Shown: one piece after another, positions 24,279 to 35,790 of the stretch
Layout: each line of letters begins with the position of its first letter
Numbering within the stretch: position 1 is the first letter of the stretch
Source of the DNA: Psammoneis japonica
Taxonomy: Eukaryota
Assembly: GCA_008632985.1 (NCBI GenBank)
Contig: QPGO01000025.1
Location: 434,001 to 498,000, forward strand
Reading direction: 5' to 3'
Length of the DNA: 64,000 nt
Made by a program: the position numbers and the translations under genes
The notes under the pieces: generated by a model
What the model was told of the DNA's origin: nothing
Databases searched by the model: none
The model's input: the letters and a program-made list of their open reading frames with translations, nothing else

Positions 24279-24794
24279 ATGTATTTCAATACCTATTACA
24301 TGACTCGTGACGGTTCTCGCCTCCATTCGTCCCTTGCTCCGATTTGGACGTCCGCTCATCGTCGCGGAGCCAAATCGACGTTCCGAAGAGCAAATGCCGG
24401 CGTGGTCCATTCTGCCGCGCGCTTGTCGGAAAATGATCGTGGTATGCGAATTTCCATGGATATTCCAGGAGTCAAGAGCAGCGATATCAAGGTTCAGATT
24501 CACGATGGTGTTTTGTGCGTTTCGGGAGATCGAAGAGTCGATGAAGACACCACGTGGACGTTTCAGAAACGATTCTCGATTGCTACCGATCGAATCGACA
24601 CTGCTGAAATCAAGGCGCACTTGGCGGATGGAGTATTGGTCATAACGGCTCCGAAAAAGCAAAAGAACAAGCAACCTCAAACAATCATGGTCGTGGAAGG
24701 CGAGCCGAAAGATGCACCAGAAAAGCAAGAAGAAACAGAAGAGAACACAAACAAGACGCCCGAGTCCACAGACGAAGGCGATGATGCAAACTAA
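24279..24794 (+). CDS. Small heat-shock protein (HSP20/alpha-crystallin domain)
   Basis: MDIPGVKSSDIKVQIHDGVLCVSGDR...FQKRF...IKAHLADGVLVITAPK. Confidence 0.9.
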   Translation: MYFNTYYMTRDGSRLHSSLAPIWTSAHRRGAKSTFRRANAGVVHSAARLSENDRGMRISMDIPGVKSSDIKVQIHDGVLCVSGDRRVDEDTTWTFQKRFSIATDRIDTAEIKAHLADGVLVITAPKKQKNKQPQTIMVVEGEPKDAPEKQEETEENTNKTPESTDEGDDAN

Positions 24795-25313
24795 TGAATT
24801 TGTGTACTGAAGCATTTAGCGAGGGATAATATGGGCAAAAATAGCAAAAATAACAGTTTCATGTAGCTCTAGAGTGTAAGTAGAAGTACAGTACAGTAAT
24901 TCCGGTAATGCCATGGTTCATCAATCCAAGAACGACGTGGAACAAAACTGGGTCGTGTGTGTGTACCAAAAACGCGACCTAGCCTCAGGTCGCTCCGAGT
25001 CTTGTATGCTTCAAGTATCAATGAAATAGGGCTAATCTTCTATCACCTCCTCACACCACGGGACTCGAGATCATTGATATATACATAGTGAAATATATAT
25101 TTTTCTCTTTTCGAAATATCTAGTTTCGGTAGAATCATCAAATGATCAATTGCCCGCGCATCTCCGTTCGTGCGAAATTTTGGTCCGACCAAGGGAAAGG
25201 CGTCACAGACCATAGCATGAGCACACACCTACCAGTACTCGAACCACCTTTGTGATCGGCTTCCTCTCCTGCGGCGCCTACACGATACCCAAACGCGACG
25301 GTACCTTTGGCCA

Positions 25314-27875
25314 ATGAGGTTGATAAATTTTGCCGGCCGTGGTGGCGGTTTTGGGATGTTTTTTTTCTTGCTGTTGCTTGTTCTCTCTCCCTGTGAAGAA
25401 CATGCAAGTTCTTTTGCCGGGAACTGGCGTTTTCTCATTGACGCTGCAAGCTTCCTAGATGAATGTCGGGCTACATTAACATCCGATTCTGTCTTGGAAG
25501 ATGGATTGATCTCTCAAAACGAATATACGAGTGCGATTGTGCAATTATGTGGCCTCGATGGAGTAGAGTGCGAGCTATCACCCAACCCAACGTTTTCGAG
25601 CCTGAGTCTGTCGCTGTCGTTGGCCTTTCTTGGCCAGGTCTGCGCGCAGTTTGCAACCACAGATGATTGCATCGCTGAAGTGGTTTCCACGGCTGCTCCA
25701 GGAAGCGAGTTTGGATTGGATATAAATGGAGAGGACCTCGATACTCGAATCTCAGAGCTCTGCTCTGCTGTATTCTCGAATGTGGTTGTGACTCCTGGTC
25801 AGTTTGTGGCTCTTTCCCTCTGCTTGTTTCATTTTTATACAACAAATGATTTTCTTCTTTTGTTTTCTCCCCTCATCCATTCATTCGTTATACTTTTGCA
25901 TTTCAGACACTCTTTCTCCCACGGTGTCAACCCCATCTCCTACGATACTAACTGAAACCCCATCGACGTCTCCCTCGCCATCTCCCACTGCAGCTGGCGG
26001 TGCGGGAGCGGTCAACTCGGGTCTGAACCGCCCCCAGCGCCAAAAGGGCTCTCATCTAGTGACTCCAGCTTATCCGGTGGTGCTATAGCTGGAATCGTTG
26101 CTGCATCTGCTGTGTTTGTTTTTATTGCATTGCTGCTAGTTTGGAGAAGGAAACATCGAAAGAGAAACACGAGAGAATTGCCTCAGGCCGTATTGGAAGT
26201 GAAGGGTGATGAATCGATCTTTACAGAAAACAGCCGAGAGTTGTATGTGTTTCCAAATCAAACCGCTGGATCTACCTTTGATGAAGGATCCGATGATTCG
26301 CCGGAAGCGGTGTCCCGCGATTTGCAATCTTCCAACATTGAAAATGAAACACCACCTCTCCACTTTGATCCGAACTCTACTGGAGGGATGATAGTGGAGA
26401 GCTCACCAGGTGAAGATGCCGAGGGAAACCAAGGATCAAGTGCTACGAGTCTGCGACAGAAGGTAAATGCGCTGGACCACGCGATCGACATTGGTGATTG
26501 GGATGCTGTCTACAAAATTTCAAGTACTCTTTCGGACAAGGATGACCTAAGTAGTCATCGATCCGGTAGCTCTACCGGGTCTTCCACGCGGGCTCGAAAA
26601 CGCTTGAATCCAACTGATCAGGCCAAGGCTGCCAAGCTTGAGAACCTTGTTGAACTTGGAGACTGGGAGGCTGTGGCCTCGATGGCAGCAACTTTTTCGA
26701 ACGTTTCCTCTGGCGAAGTGTCGCTTGCATCATCGATTTACAATGACAGTGAATTCGGTGCTGATGATGCAAGGGTCGGTGCAGTCCCGAGAAAAACTGG
26801 CAGCCCAAGGTTTGATGAAGCTGCGGCTAAATTTGCAGAGCTACGTGAGACGGAAGACGCCAGGTCCACAGGCACTCCCGAAAGCACCCCAAGTACCCCG
26901 CCAAGGCGATCATTGATGGATTTCGTTGGACACGGGGGGAAGTCGCCTGCTGCTGCCGACGCTCTTGCTGCGGAAACTGAAACCGATGTTACTGGGATTA
27001 TCGGTGCTTCACCCCGGGGGAACCAAGCGACGACAGGAGCAGCCGCTGCAGGAGCTACAAGGGCATCCGCTTCTTCCGCAGCATCCGAGTCAGACGACGA
27101 GAAGAAAATCGTAAGTCAGAATGAAGCTGTTTGTGATTTCAACGGTATTGTATGCCTTCATGTCTCTCGGCGCTGACGTTAGCTTCCTTTTACGTGTCCC
27201 GATGAACATCAAAAGAGAAAAAACAGCTGGCGCAGTTTCTTCGGCAAGCGAGGGAACGAAGATTACATGGTCGACAACGTTATGGAAGGTACTCCAGGAC
27301 TCTTTGATCCTGATAGTGACGTAACTGCAGCGAGTCCTGACGCGTTTCCACACGAGGCGTCACCCCGATCTTCGCCAATTTCGTCTGGAATGTCGACGCC
27401 GATCGACGCAGAGATGGCTCAAGAGTTCGAAAGGATGATTGCAGCAAATGACTGGAAGGGATTGGCTGAAATGGCTGCTCAGGAGGTGGGTACTGGTGAA
27501 AGTGACGACGGCAAAGTTGAACTACGTCCTACTCCAAAATCGGAGAGACCAGAGTATGGAGTTCGTAAATTCCCTTCGATGCACGGTGCGAAGGTGCTGA
27601 TTCCTTTCTGGGAAAAGCTCATTGACGAGGTGGAAGCCGAGAAAAAGGCGGGCCTTGGGTCCTTAGATAACCAAGGTAACGAAGTCGATTTGAACAACGA
27701 AGAGCTCCTTGGAAAAGGAGTAGGCGCTTCCGCAACTCCCGTAAATCGGAATGAAAAAGCTTCAACCGCAGAGGCAAGATCGCATACCAAAGAGACATAC
27801 GACGCCGCAGCGGCTTTTGCGAAAGCATGGAACAACCTGAAAGAAGACACAGATCATGAAGGGGAGTCGACATAG
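25314..27875 (+). CDS. Type I membrane protein: signal peptide, Cys-rich ectodomain, S/P/T stalk, TM helix, cytoplasmic [G/N]DW repeats; introns at about 25797-25906 and 27111-27215, frameshift near 26030
   Basis: Hydrophobic N-terminus; C..TLTSD..DGLISQNEY; TM GGAIAGIVAASAVFVFIALLLVW followed by RRKHRKR; repeats IDIGDWDAV, VELGDWEAV, IAANDWKGL. Confidence 0.6.
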
Positions 27876-28166
27876 TTGTTGCAACTGGGGCAAGCGGGTT
27901 TGTACCTAAAGCCACTGAAGCAAGACCAGCTATGCTGGTTTATCAGTCGGGCAGCAATTCGAACGCGGGTCGTACAAGAATCGCTTTCTACATGCATCAT
28001 TGTAACATATTTCTTTTTACTGAAAATCGAATTCGAGTTATTTCTATCTACCAGTCTCCGTGAGTAACGAGCGTGGAACCCACGTGTCTCCCTTCCAACC
28101 GCTACGTAAAGGGTAGCGAGCAATTGCCATCATTTTCGACGAAACACAACAACGATTCTAAAGGCA

Positions 28167-29480
28167 CTAGTTGTCGTCACTCGCCTGCACCATGGGAGCT
28201 TCTCCAAAATCGTCTGTGGATGTTGTTTGCCACCCTTCAGTAGGAACAATGTTCTTCTTTCCTTTGGCAGTGTACATTACCGTTTCAATTATTCCGTTGT
28301 AAGTCGTTTTGATCGCTTTAAGGATCCATTGTTCATTCTGAAACTCCATCAAATGGTAGACTTCTTGACCAACTCTTGCTCCTTCTTGCAAAAACACAAT
28401 GTTTTGGCAAGAATTTACGTAGTTCTGACGTTGGTCTAAGATAGTCTGCCGAAACATTTCTTTGCTCACTACAAAGTATCGACCATCCACGGTGCTTAAC
28501 CCAGCGCCTTTGACGGTGACAAACAGCCCGCCAAACAATTCGCTGCGTTTCACGTGGGCGACCTCTTTTAGGCGATCCCATCCTCTGTACTCTCTACACA
28601 ACAGATCCTGTTGGGCACTGGCATTTGTCCAAGCGGTGCGACTGATGATGAGTCTAAAACCACGGATACCACGGACAATGTCGTAAAGCTCTGCTGGTGT
28701 GGTTCTAGCCAAAAAAAGCAGTCGCTCTGCCATTTCCTTTGCGAGCGCTAAGTTCGATTCGGAATACTTGGCCCAACACAGCAGAAGCTTAAAGAGAAAG
28801 AGCTCAATGCAGTGGATGGAAGGATCCCCAAGGATCATCACCATTGATCGGTGGCTCAGAAGTCGAAACGTACGATGTTCTGGTGTCGACCTGATGAGAG
28901 CACGAAGAGGATTCATTCGAATCATTCCCATGGCTGCCTCAGACAGCGCAGTGCCTTCCCGATTATCGTTATCAAGCACAAACGCAACCAACGATGGCGT
29001 CACCGGGTGAGAATCTTCAATTTGTCGCTTTGGGAAAAACTTGTTTGTGATTTGAACTGACAGCTCCTCAATGTCGAAGTAGTCGGCGGCATCGCTCAAC
29101 AGAATTAGATCTCTCGCAAGATTTGTGGTGGTAACTGGGACACTACTGTCAAGAAGCGACAACTCGCCGGTACTACAAAACTCAACCATCCATTGTATGA
29201 TGTGAGTGGGGAACTCTGTTTTGATTTCCGACCCATCGAGTACTTCACGGAACCCGCCATCAAACATGGCTCGAGATACCGGGCTCCAAGCCCTGAGATA
29301 AAACTTGTGTATCGGTACCGCTTCTTCCTCTTCCTCGATCCCTTTTAGTTTCACAAGACCACCATACGGATCGCTTTGTAGCAACAGTTGAGTGAGCGCC
29401 TCAAGTTGGTTGCGTGGAGGAGTGAAACGCGAGAGGCTAGAAGACATTCTCCCGTTGTCGCCATTGTTTTCTTCAGCCAT
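28167..29480 (-). CDS. BTB/POZ domain protein with a BACK-like region
   Basis: VPIHKFYLRAWSPVSRAMFDGGFRE, MVEFCSTGEL, AADYFDIEEL, ELFLFKLLLCW. Confidence 0.82.
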   Translation of the reverse strand: MAEENNGDNGRMSSSLSRFTPPRNQLEALTQLLLQSDPYGGLVKLKGIEEEEEAVPIHKFYLRAWSPVSRAMFDGGFREVLDGSEIKTEFPTHIIQWMVEFCSTGELSLLDSSVPVTTTNLARDLILLSDAADYFDIEELSVQITNKFFPKRQIEDSHPVTPSLVAFVLDNDNREGTALSEAAMGMIRMNPLRALIRSTPEHRTFRLLSHRSMVMILGDPSIHCIELFLFKLLLCWAKYSESNLALAKEMAERLLFLARTTPAELYDIVRGIRGFRLIISRTAWTNASAQQDLLCREYRGWDRLKEVAHVKRSELFGGLFVTVKGAGLSTVDGRYFVVSKEMFRQTILDQRQNYVNSCQNIVFLQEGARVGQEVYHLMEFQNEQWILKAIKTTYNGIIETVMYTAKGKKNIVPTEGWQTTSTDDFGEAPMVQASDDN

Positions 29481-30056
29481 TGTATGCTCTCTCAAACAAT
29501 GTTCTACCAATGTAGGTACGTCTTGTTTCCGTCGATACCTGCTTGAGAGGAAGCGCTCTCTACTTGCTCAACTAAACAACGAGAGCTTTGTTTTCCGATC
29601 GTTGTGGTGGCCGTTGCTCGAGACTACGAAGTGAGAGATGGAATGCAACGACAATGATTTGTAACGACCATGCGTGACGGACGCGCGATTTCGTAGGATT
29701 TCCAGCGTCTTTTTTGGCGCACCAAGAAACTGCACGGGACTCCTCGTTGAAGAGAGGCCAATGCGACAACGCCAAGAAGAGTAAAGCCGCTTCGCCTATG
29801 CAGGAATGGCAACCGAAAAGGAGGAGGAGGCCAAAGTAGTTTCGTGCTTCGCCTACGCCAGTGCAGAGAAGGCTATCGACACAACATAGCTAGAGTAGCT
29901 AGTCGTTGGTGCGGCAGAAGCCTCTCCTAAAGCAACTATCGAGGAGCAAAGAACAAGGAGGAGTGAGCGAAGCACTCGTATGTTGCAATTCGGATATGTA
30001 CAGTTCCTATTATATAATTGTGTTTTCTTTTTCTATGAGCTAATCTTGAGTCTAAA

Positions 30057-32308
30057 CTAGAGAATATCCCAGGTCTCGTTGACAACAATCGCCGTTTTGG
30101 TCACCATGTACGCTGGCACAATCTCATACGCAGAAACTGGCACTTCTTTGGTCGGATTGGCCGTGTCAGCTTTGTATCGAGGTCTGCCTTGTCTCTTTCC
30201 AACCAACTCTCCGGACCGGTAAAGAGGAAGAAGGCGAACAGTCGCTTTCGCTTCATTGTAGTGCAAAACGAAAAAGTAGCCGCCTTTTCCGTCCTTTTGC
30301 TTGAGTACCTTGTTGTAATAGTAAACCTTGTTAGGGTCACGAACAGTCTCAACCCTTTGCTTCCGGAGTCCTCTCTTCGTACCACTCCTCGGGGCGGGCT
30401 TCTGCGTGTCGGCAGGTTTCACCGCTACTCCAGTGGATGTGGTACCGGGTCTCCTCGGTGATTTGCGACATGGCGCCCGGCGCGTTTCTACAACTTTTTC
30501 ATTCTTGCCTGCCACGACGCTACCAGCACTGGCCGACGATACATTCTCGTTTTTCTTGTTCGCTGGCAGAGGAGTAGAATCTCTACGTCGCGGAGGCTTG
30601 CGTCCACCTGCGGAACCGGCGGTTTCGGCAGGAGGGACGGCAAGCCAAACACTTTGATACTGTTTTTGCGCGTATGTGAGGGTCTTGCTCTCCGGCGGCG
30701 GAGTCAAGAGAGTTTCTGTTTGTCTCGTTTCCACAACGGACAGATTGGAAGTCGCTGTCTTGCTTTTCTTATTCGACCGCATAGAGTTGACAGGTACCAT
30801 CTTGTTCTCTGCATGAGTACCCTTTTCAACCTGACCAACAGCGGTTCCAAGGCTCCTTTTCCTGCGATCACGCCCGGGCGTCGTCACATGTTTGAGATAG
30901 GGATTTGGAGCAGGCGAAGCAAGGCTTGGACGAACCGTCTTTTTCTTTCTGGCGGGAGTCGACGCTCCGCCAAGATTCATAATCTTTGGCTTCTCGTTGA
31001 CTTCCAACTTTTTCATTTCGCTCAAGAATGACGGCTTTCCCACCGTGCGCAACCCTTTGTTGGGCGGAAGACGAACGGCCATCATGTAGGAAGGTCCGCC
31101 GTGCAGGTCTAAGCTAGTACTTGTCTCGTGTGCGTAAGTCCAATGCCTGTAGCCCACAATGTTGTCTTCGTTTCCGATGAGATGCTCTTCGTTTCCGTAA
31201 GTCGACACTGCACCGACTCTTTGAAATCCGAATTTCTCGTAAAACGACCGTGAGCTGTCCGTGGCTTGCAGTACCACATATTTGTAACGACCACGAGACG
31301 CAATATCATCCAATGCCATTCGAAGCAAGTATTCTCCGCAACCGAGGCCCCCCAGCAGACTAATCTCTGCCATGTTCTCATAAACAACGCCAGCACCAAG
31401 AGGATCGCCCGAGCGCGGCTGGGATTCGAGTTCCTCCGCTAGACTACCATCAAAGTCCACCTTGAATCTGGTATCAGTCTTGGAAACTCCACTCTCGGGA
31501 TGAAGCGAATCAAACTTGAAAAAATGCGTCCAAGTGGTAAAGTTGGTCCAAAGTATGAATCCCTGAAGCCAACCGCCTCCCTTGTGACGAATTTGGAATC
31601 CCTCTAGAGGATCATCAATATCTACGCGATCGCGAATGTAGTCTTTCGATAACGGCGCATGAAATGCTTTGTGCACGCTCTTACTCACAACATACCGTCG
31701 CATAGCTGAGGCTGTACATACCGCTGTCATTTCTGAAACACAGTCTTCCCATTCCGACCGGTTCTTTGGAATCCAAACGACACCAGCATTGTCTGTAAAA
31801 GCAGCTTCTTTCTGTGCACCTCTGTTGCGCTGCACAAGTCGTGACTCCTCGCCCTTGGAGTTGGTATGCCACGCAGGGCCGTTCACACGAACAAACTCTT
31901 TGTTCCTCCTTGCTCCGGGGACCAAGTTCATATCGTATTTGACTTTATCCTTTTCCATATTCTGCGGCTTAGCTTCTCTACTAGGACGCTTCTCGTTTGT
32001 CTCTACCGCGTTAGAAGCATTGTCGCTAAAGAAATCTTCGTCATGGCGGGGTGCACGATTGACTTCTTAGAATTCACATCACGGTGTTGCAGCGCGGCGG
32101 CCTTGTTTGTCATGTTTGTTTGTCTGAATGTTCCAAGAGGCACGCCGACAACGACGCTCGGCGGCGGCGATCGATGTGGTTTGACGAGCTGGTCAACGCC
32201 AACGGACGAATAATTCACTGCAAACGTTACATTCTGTCGCATCGGAGGCGATACAACAGAATGCGATGAAGCGGAAGCTGCGGAATCAATCATTCTCCCG
32301 TTTGTCAT
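30057..32308 (-). CDS. GNAT-like acetyltransferase domain protein with a basic low-complexity C-terminal half; 5' part frameshifted or uncertain
   Basis: AEISLLGGLGCGEYLLRMAL...YKYVVLQATDSSRSFYEKFGF; long ORF 30057-31958 with an upstream overlapping ORF to 32308. Confidence 0.65.
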
Positions 32309-32759
32309 TGTGATGATTCCGATTGGCCATGGCCACGATTGATTTCACGTCGCGGAATGAGCACGTAGAAATTACGTAGGTCGCCGTATGTTTTTTGGTC
32401 CGGGAAGCGACGAGACGAGATGATTCGCGAACAGCGCTACGGAAGATCTGGTATGATTTCTACGCGCGCTCTTCTCGATCGAAATCTTTCGAACGGCCAT
32501 GTGACTGTGCCTACAATACTACGAAGATCACGTAGGCAATTCAAAAGCCAGCCAGAAAACATTAGCCAATCAAATTTAGCGTGAAACTGTTTATTCTCAT
32601 ACTGGTAGGATCTCCCTATATAAAAATGTTCAACTGACGTCACTTTCTATGACTTTCGTAGAAAATGTACCATCTGGCATTGACACGAGAAAATGGCGGG
32701 AAAAATTTTTGGTCGCGGCATAGCATGGTGGCGGGAACAACTAAATGCGACACGGGGGC

Positions 32760-33930
32760 ATCACGCATCTTTGGGACATGAGCGTGGAAGAGCACACCCA
32801 CAGCTGTAGTGATTTTGCCATGACAGCAAACAGCATCCACTTGCACTCCACAGATGCTGACACGTGTGAGACTGGTTTCGCAATGAGAGCACTTCACTCA
32901 CATGAATGGAAACTGTGAGCTGGAAATTTGACTGATGATGATGTGTGGTTTGAGTGTTTGCTCAAGCTACGCGCAGAATAAACGGTTGTCAGGAATAAAC
33001 AGGCGTCAGATGAAGCATGGACAGACCGTATAATGTATGGGAACTTTCTCGTAGATTCTACGAGAAAAACGGGCGATAGACAGACAAATGCGACAGAAGA
33101 AGTCGATTTCCGTCGTCCCCGTGCTTTTTGTACGGCATTCGATGCTGACAATGGCGTGCCGCCGGTGACGCTATTGACTAATTTTTGTGAGACGAAACGC
33201 ATTAGATACGTCTTATGGCGAGTAATAAGTATAGATGTGCGCCCATATTGACTCTGGATGCAGTTTGTGGTTGATTTCAGAGCATCGTTGTCAATGGCTT
33301 TTTTTGCAATTTTCTACGTGAATTATGCGTAGCAACAATACGGGATATTGATGACAATGGCATCATCTCGAATGATCGATTAGAGCTATTAGATAGACAC
33401 CAGTGAGCCAAATATTGTATCAGCTACACTTATCATGTTTATATTGTTACTACAGTATGCCTGAAATTAGTGTGGATATTGTTTTTATCCCCACATGGTC
33501 GCCATTGTCGCTTGTCGTGTTGTGTCGCGTTTTTGTGCGTCTCTGTCGCATTTTTCGAACCAACCTCATCTCTTTTTTAAATTGTACGCAATTTCTACAT
33601 AATTATTTTACCGGTAAAACGCTAGGAAACTGGCGTCTGACGCCTGTTTATTCTTTCTGTAGCAAGGCTGCAGAGCACAAGAGCCCAGGAATGGAGTGCA
33701 AGAAGAAAATGACCTGAGCCTCTGCTTGTTGCTTGTTTTTTCCATCCCCACCAATGGCCATGAATTCAACCCCACACCTTTTGTCTGTTCTCTAACCCAC
33801 TCTGCAGCTCTTCATCCGCACCAGAAAGAATCCCATGGTGACTCAAGATGGTGCATCACAGGCAACTGCGAGTCAAAGCGCAAGTTGATTCGTTGTCATC
33901 CGCGACCACGACTGAATCAGGACTGATGGA
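32760..33930. other. Small CpG/TpA-depleted relic split by a MITE insertion
   Basis: 32760-32966 and 33663-33930 show the TG/CA-rich signature; the inserted element does not. Confidence 0.5.
32967..33662. mobile_element. Non-autonomous TIR element (MITE, about 696 bp) with a possible CAAG target-site duplication
   Basis: Perfect 18-bp IR GAATAAACAGGCGTCAGA at 32993-33010 / 33636-33653; termini CTACnnnnAGAATAAAC...GTTTATTCTnnnnGTAG; inner IRs 33086-33097/33542-33553 and 33147-33156/33500-33509; CAAG at 32963-32966 and 33663-33666. Confidence 0.7.
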
Positions 33931-34136
33931 CAGACAACCTTGCTCCAGTCCCGTATGTTTTCTACGTAACCGGTACTGGGTCTTGGATTACGACTTACAA
34001 TAACATACGTCGCCGTTGGAGTTGGAGCGAAAATCGCCAACAAAGCCACACAACATCGCTGTCGCGAGACAAACCGTGGGACAAAGAGTCAGCGAAGGCA
34101 ACAGAACTAAAAGAGGTTTATATTGTTTATCGAATT

Positions 34137-35113
34137 ATGATGTTGTTTGCCCGCGGTGCCGCCACAATGTCAAAGCTTGCGATCGACCCCAAAGCGATGA
34201 GAACCGCAATCTCAGCAAGTCGACGTTCTTTCTCCGCCCGGGCATCTCCTGCACACCGACGAATGATTAAACGGAACGCCAGTGCCGCCACTGAAGTCCC
34301 GACCAAGCGGCCAGTTCCAACCCTTGCCGATGTTCAAGGGATGCCACTGAGTTGTCAAGAAATGGACAATACATCTCTTTTTCAGTTGTCGGTTTCAGGG
34401 AACCATGGGGCTCGTATTGAAGTGCTCAAGCGGCATATTATGAGGTACGTCAGGGAAGATACAAGAGAAAAATGCATGGTATCTGCATCCTATGAACTTT
34501 TTTGGTTTACAATGAACTAATGAATGCTGCCTCAAAATTGTTGCAAAACAGCGTTGACAATGTGAGCTACGAGGAAGCTTGCAAGACGTTTCAGATCATT
34601 GACAAATACAACGATAAAGGCCTGGCTTGGATGGCGTTTCCTTTCTATTTGGGCATGACCATGGCTGTGACGGGAGCTCTTGCTTCGTTTCCGCTCGTCT
34701 TTCATGAACAGACTGTTCTCTTCTTCAACGAGTACTTTGTGACTACGGATGTGCCTGATGCGAAAGACTTGGAAACATTTCTCGAGGTTGGCAGCTGGTC
34801 ATGGAATTGGATGGAGCCTCCTCTTGGACAGATATCCTTTGTTTTGTTGTGTCTACAACATGCACGGTGAGGAAAAACTTAGACTGGTTCTCTATTGCTC
34901 TGTAGCTTGTGCTTTGCTTTGTCGGTCAAACTCTGATCTCCTTTTGTTTTGCTATTGCACAGTGGGCAAATGCATAATCTGGGCATCAAGCCTTACACTC
35001 GATTCTTGAAACACAAGAGGGCAGAGAGGCTCGCTAGACATTTCCCGCAGTATGATAGGAACGTGATCATGCAGTTTTCAATGACAGACAACTTTCTCGT
35101 CGACAGAAAGTGA
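34137..35113 (+). CDS. Hypothetical membrane protein, probably mitochondrion-targeted; introns at about 34444-34551 and 34867-34962
   Basis: R/A/S-rich, acid-poor N-terminus; GT-AG introns join the ORFs; hydrophobic segments; LETFLEVGSWSWNWMEP. Confidence 0.65.
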
Positions 35114-35790
35114 GAAGCACTATGCATGAATCTAGGGAAAAATGAGATATTGTACAACAACTAAGTAGGGAATAAGGAACACTACATAGTGGGAATCACG
35201 CACCACAAAAACGAAATGACGAGTAGACAAAGCCTATTAGAACGGTAGGAGTTACATAGGAAATTTTTTTAGATCGATCGATCGTCGGCCGATCAGATTG
35301 CAGCGCACTCTCCATCGTGAGTCTATGCGTCGACCACATAGACTCACGATGGAGAGTGGTGATTGCAGCGCGCGTGTTGCGCAATCTGAACCTTCCCGCC
35401 ACGGGTTTCATTTACAATATGCAAGTTTTGAGGTTTCCAAATTCATTGTTAGATATTAACTCTCTAATACAGTATTTGCGTTGGAAGTTCGTATTCTTGC
35501 TACGTACGTGGTTTCCAGTACAATGTTTATGTGGAATGAAGTCGTATCTTTTCCCAAAAATTTTCTGTGAGCTTCATGCATGATCAACATGCCGCGTCGC
35601 GACGCGACATGAACCGTACCGTAGGTCATCCGCGTAACTTCACTCGTACTAATGCACATACTTGTTATCGATCCAGAAGTTCTGAACCCTGTCGATTCAT
35701 ATGAAGTGCGGTTGTTGTTTTGGTCGCTACTTTGCCATCCTCGAGTGACACAACAGACAACAAATTGTGTAGATCTATCCACGTTGAAAC

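Noticed and set aside
24138..24815. 225-aa antisense ORF over HSP20 and similar shadow ORFs
   Set aside because: No motifs; expected antisense open frames of real genes
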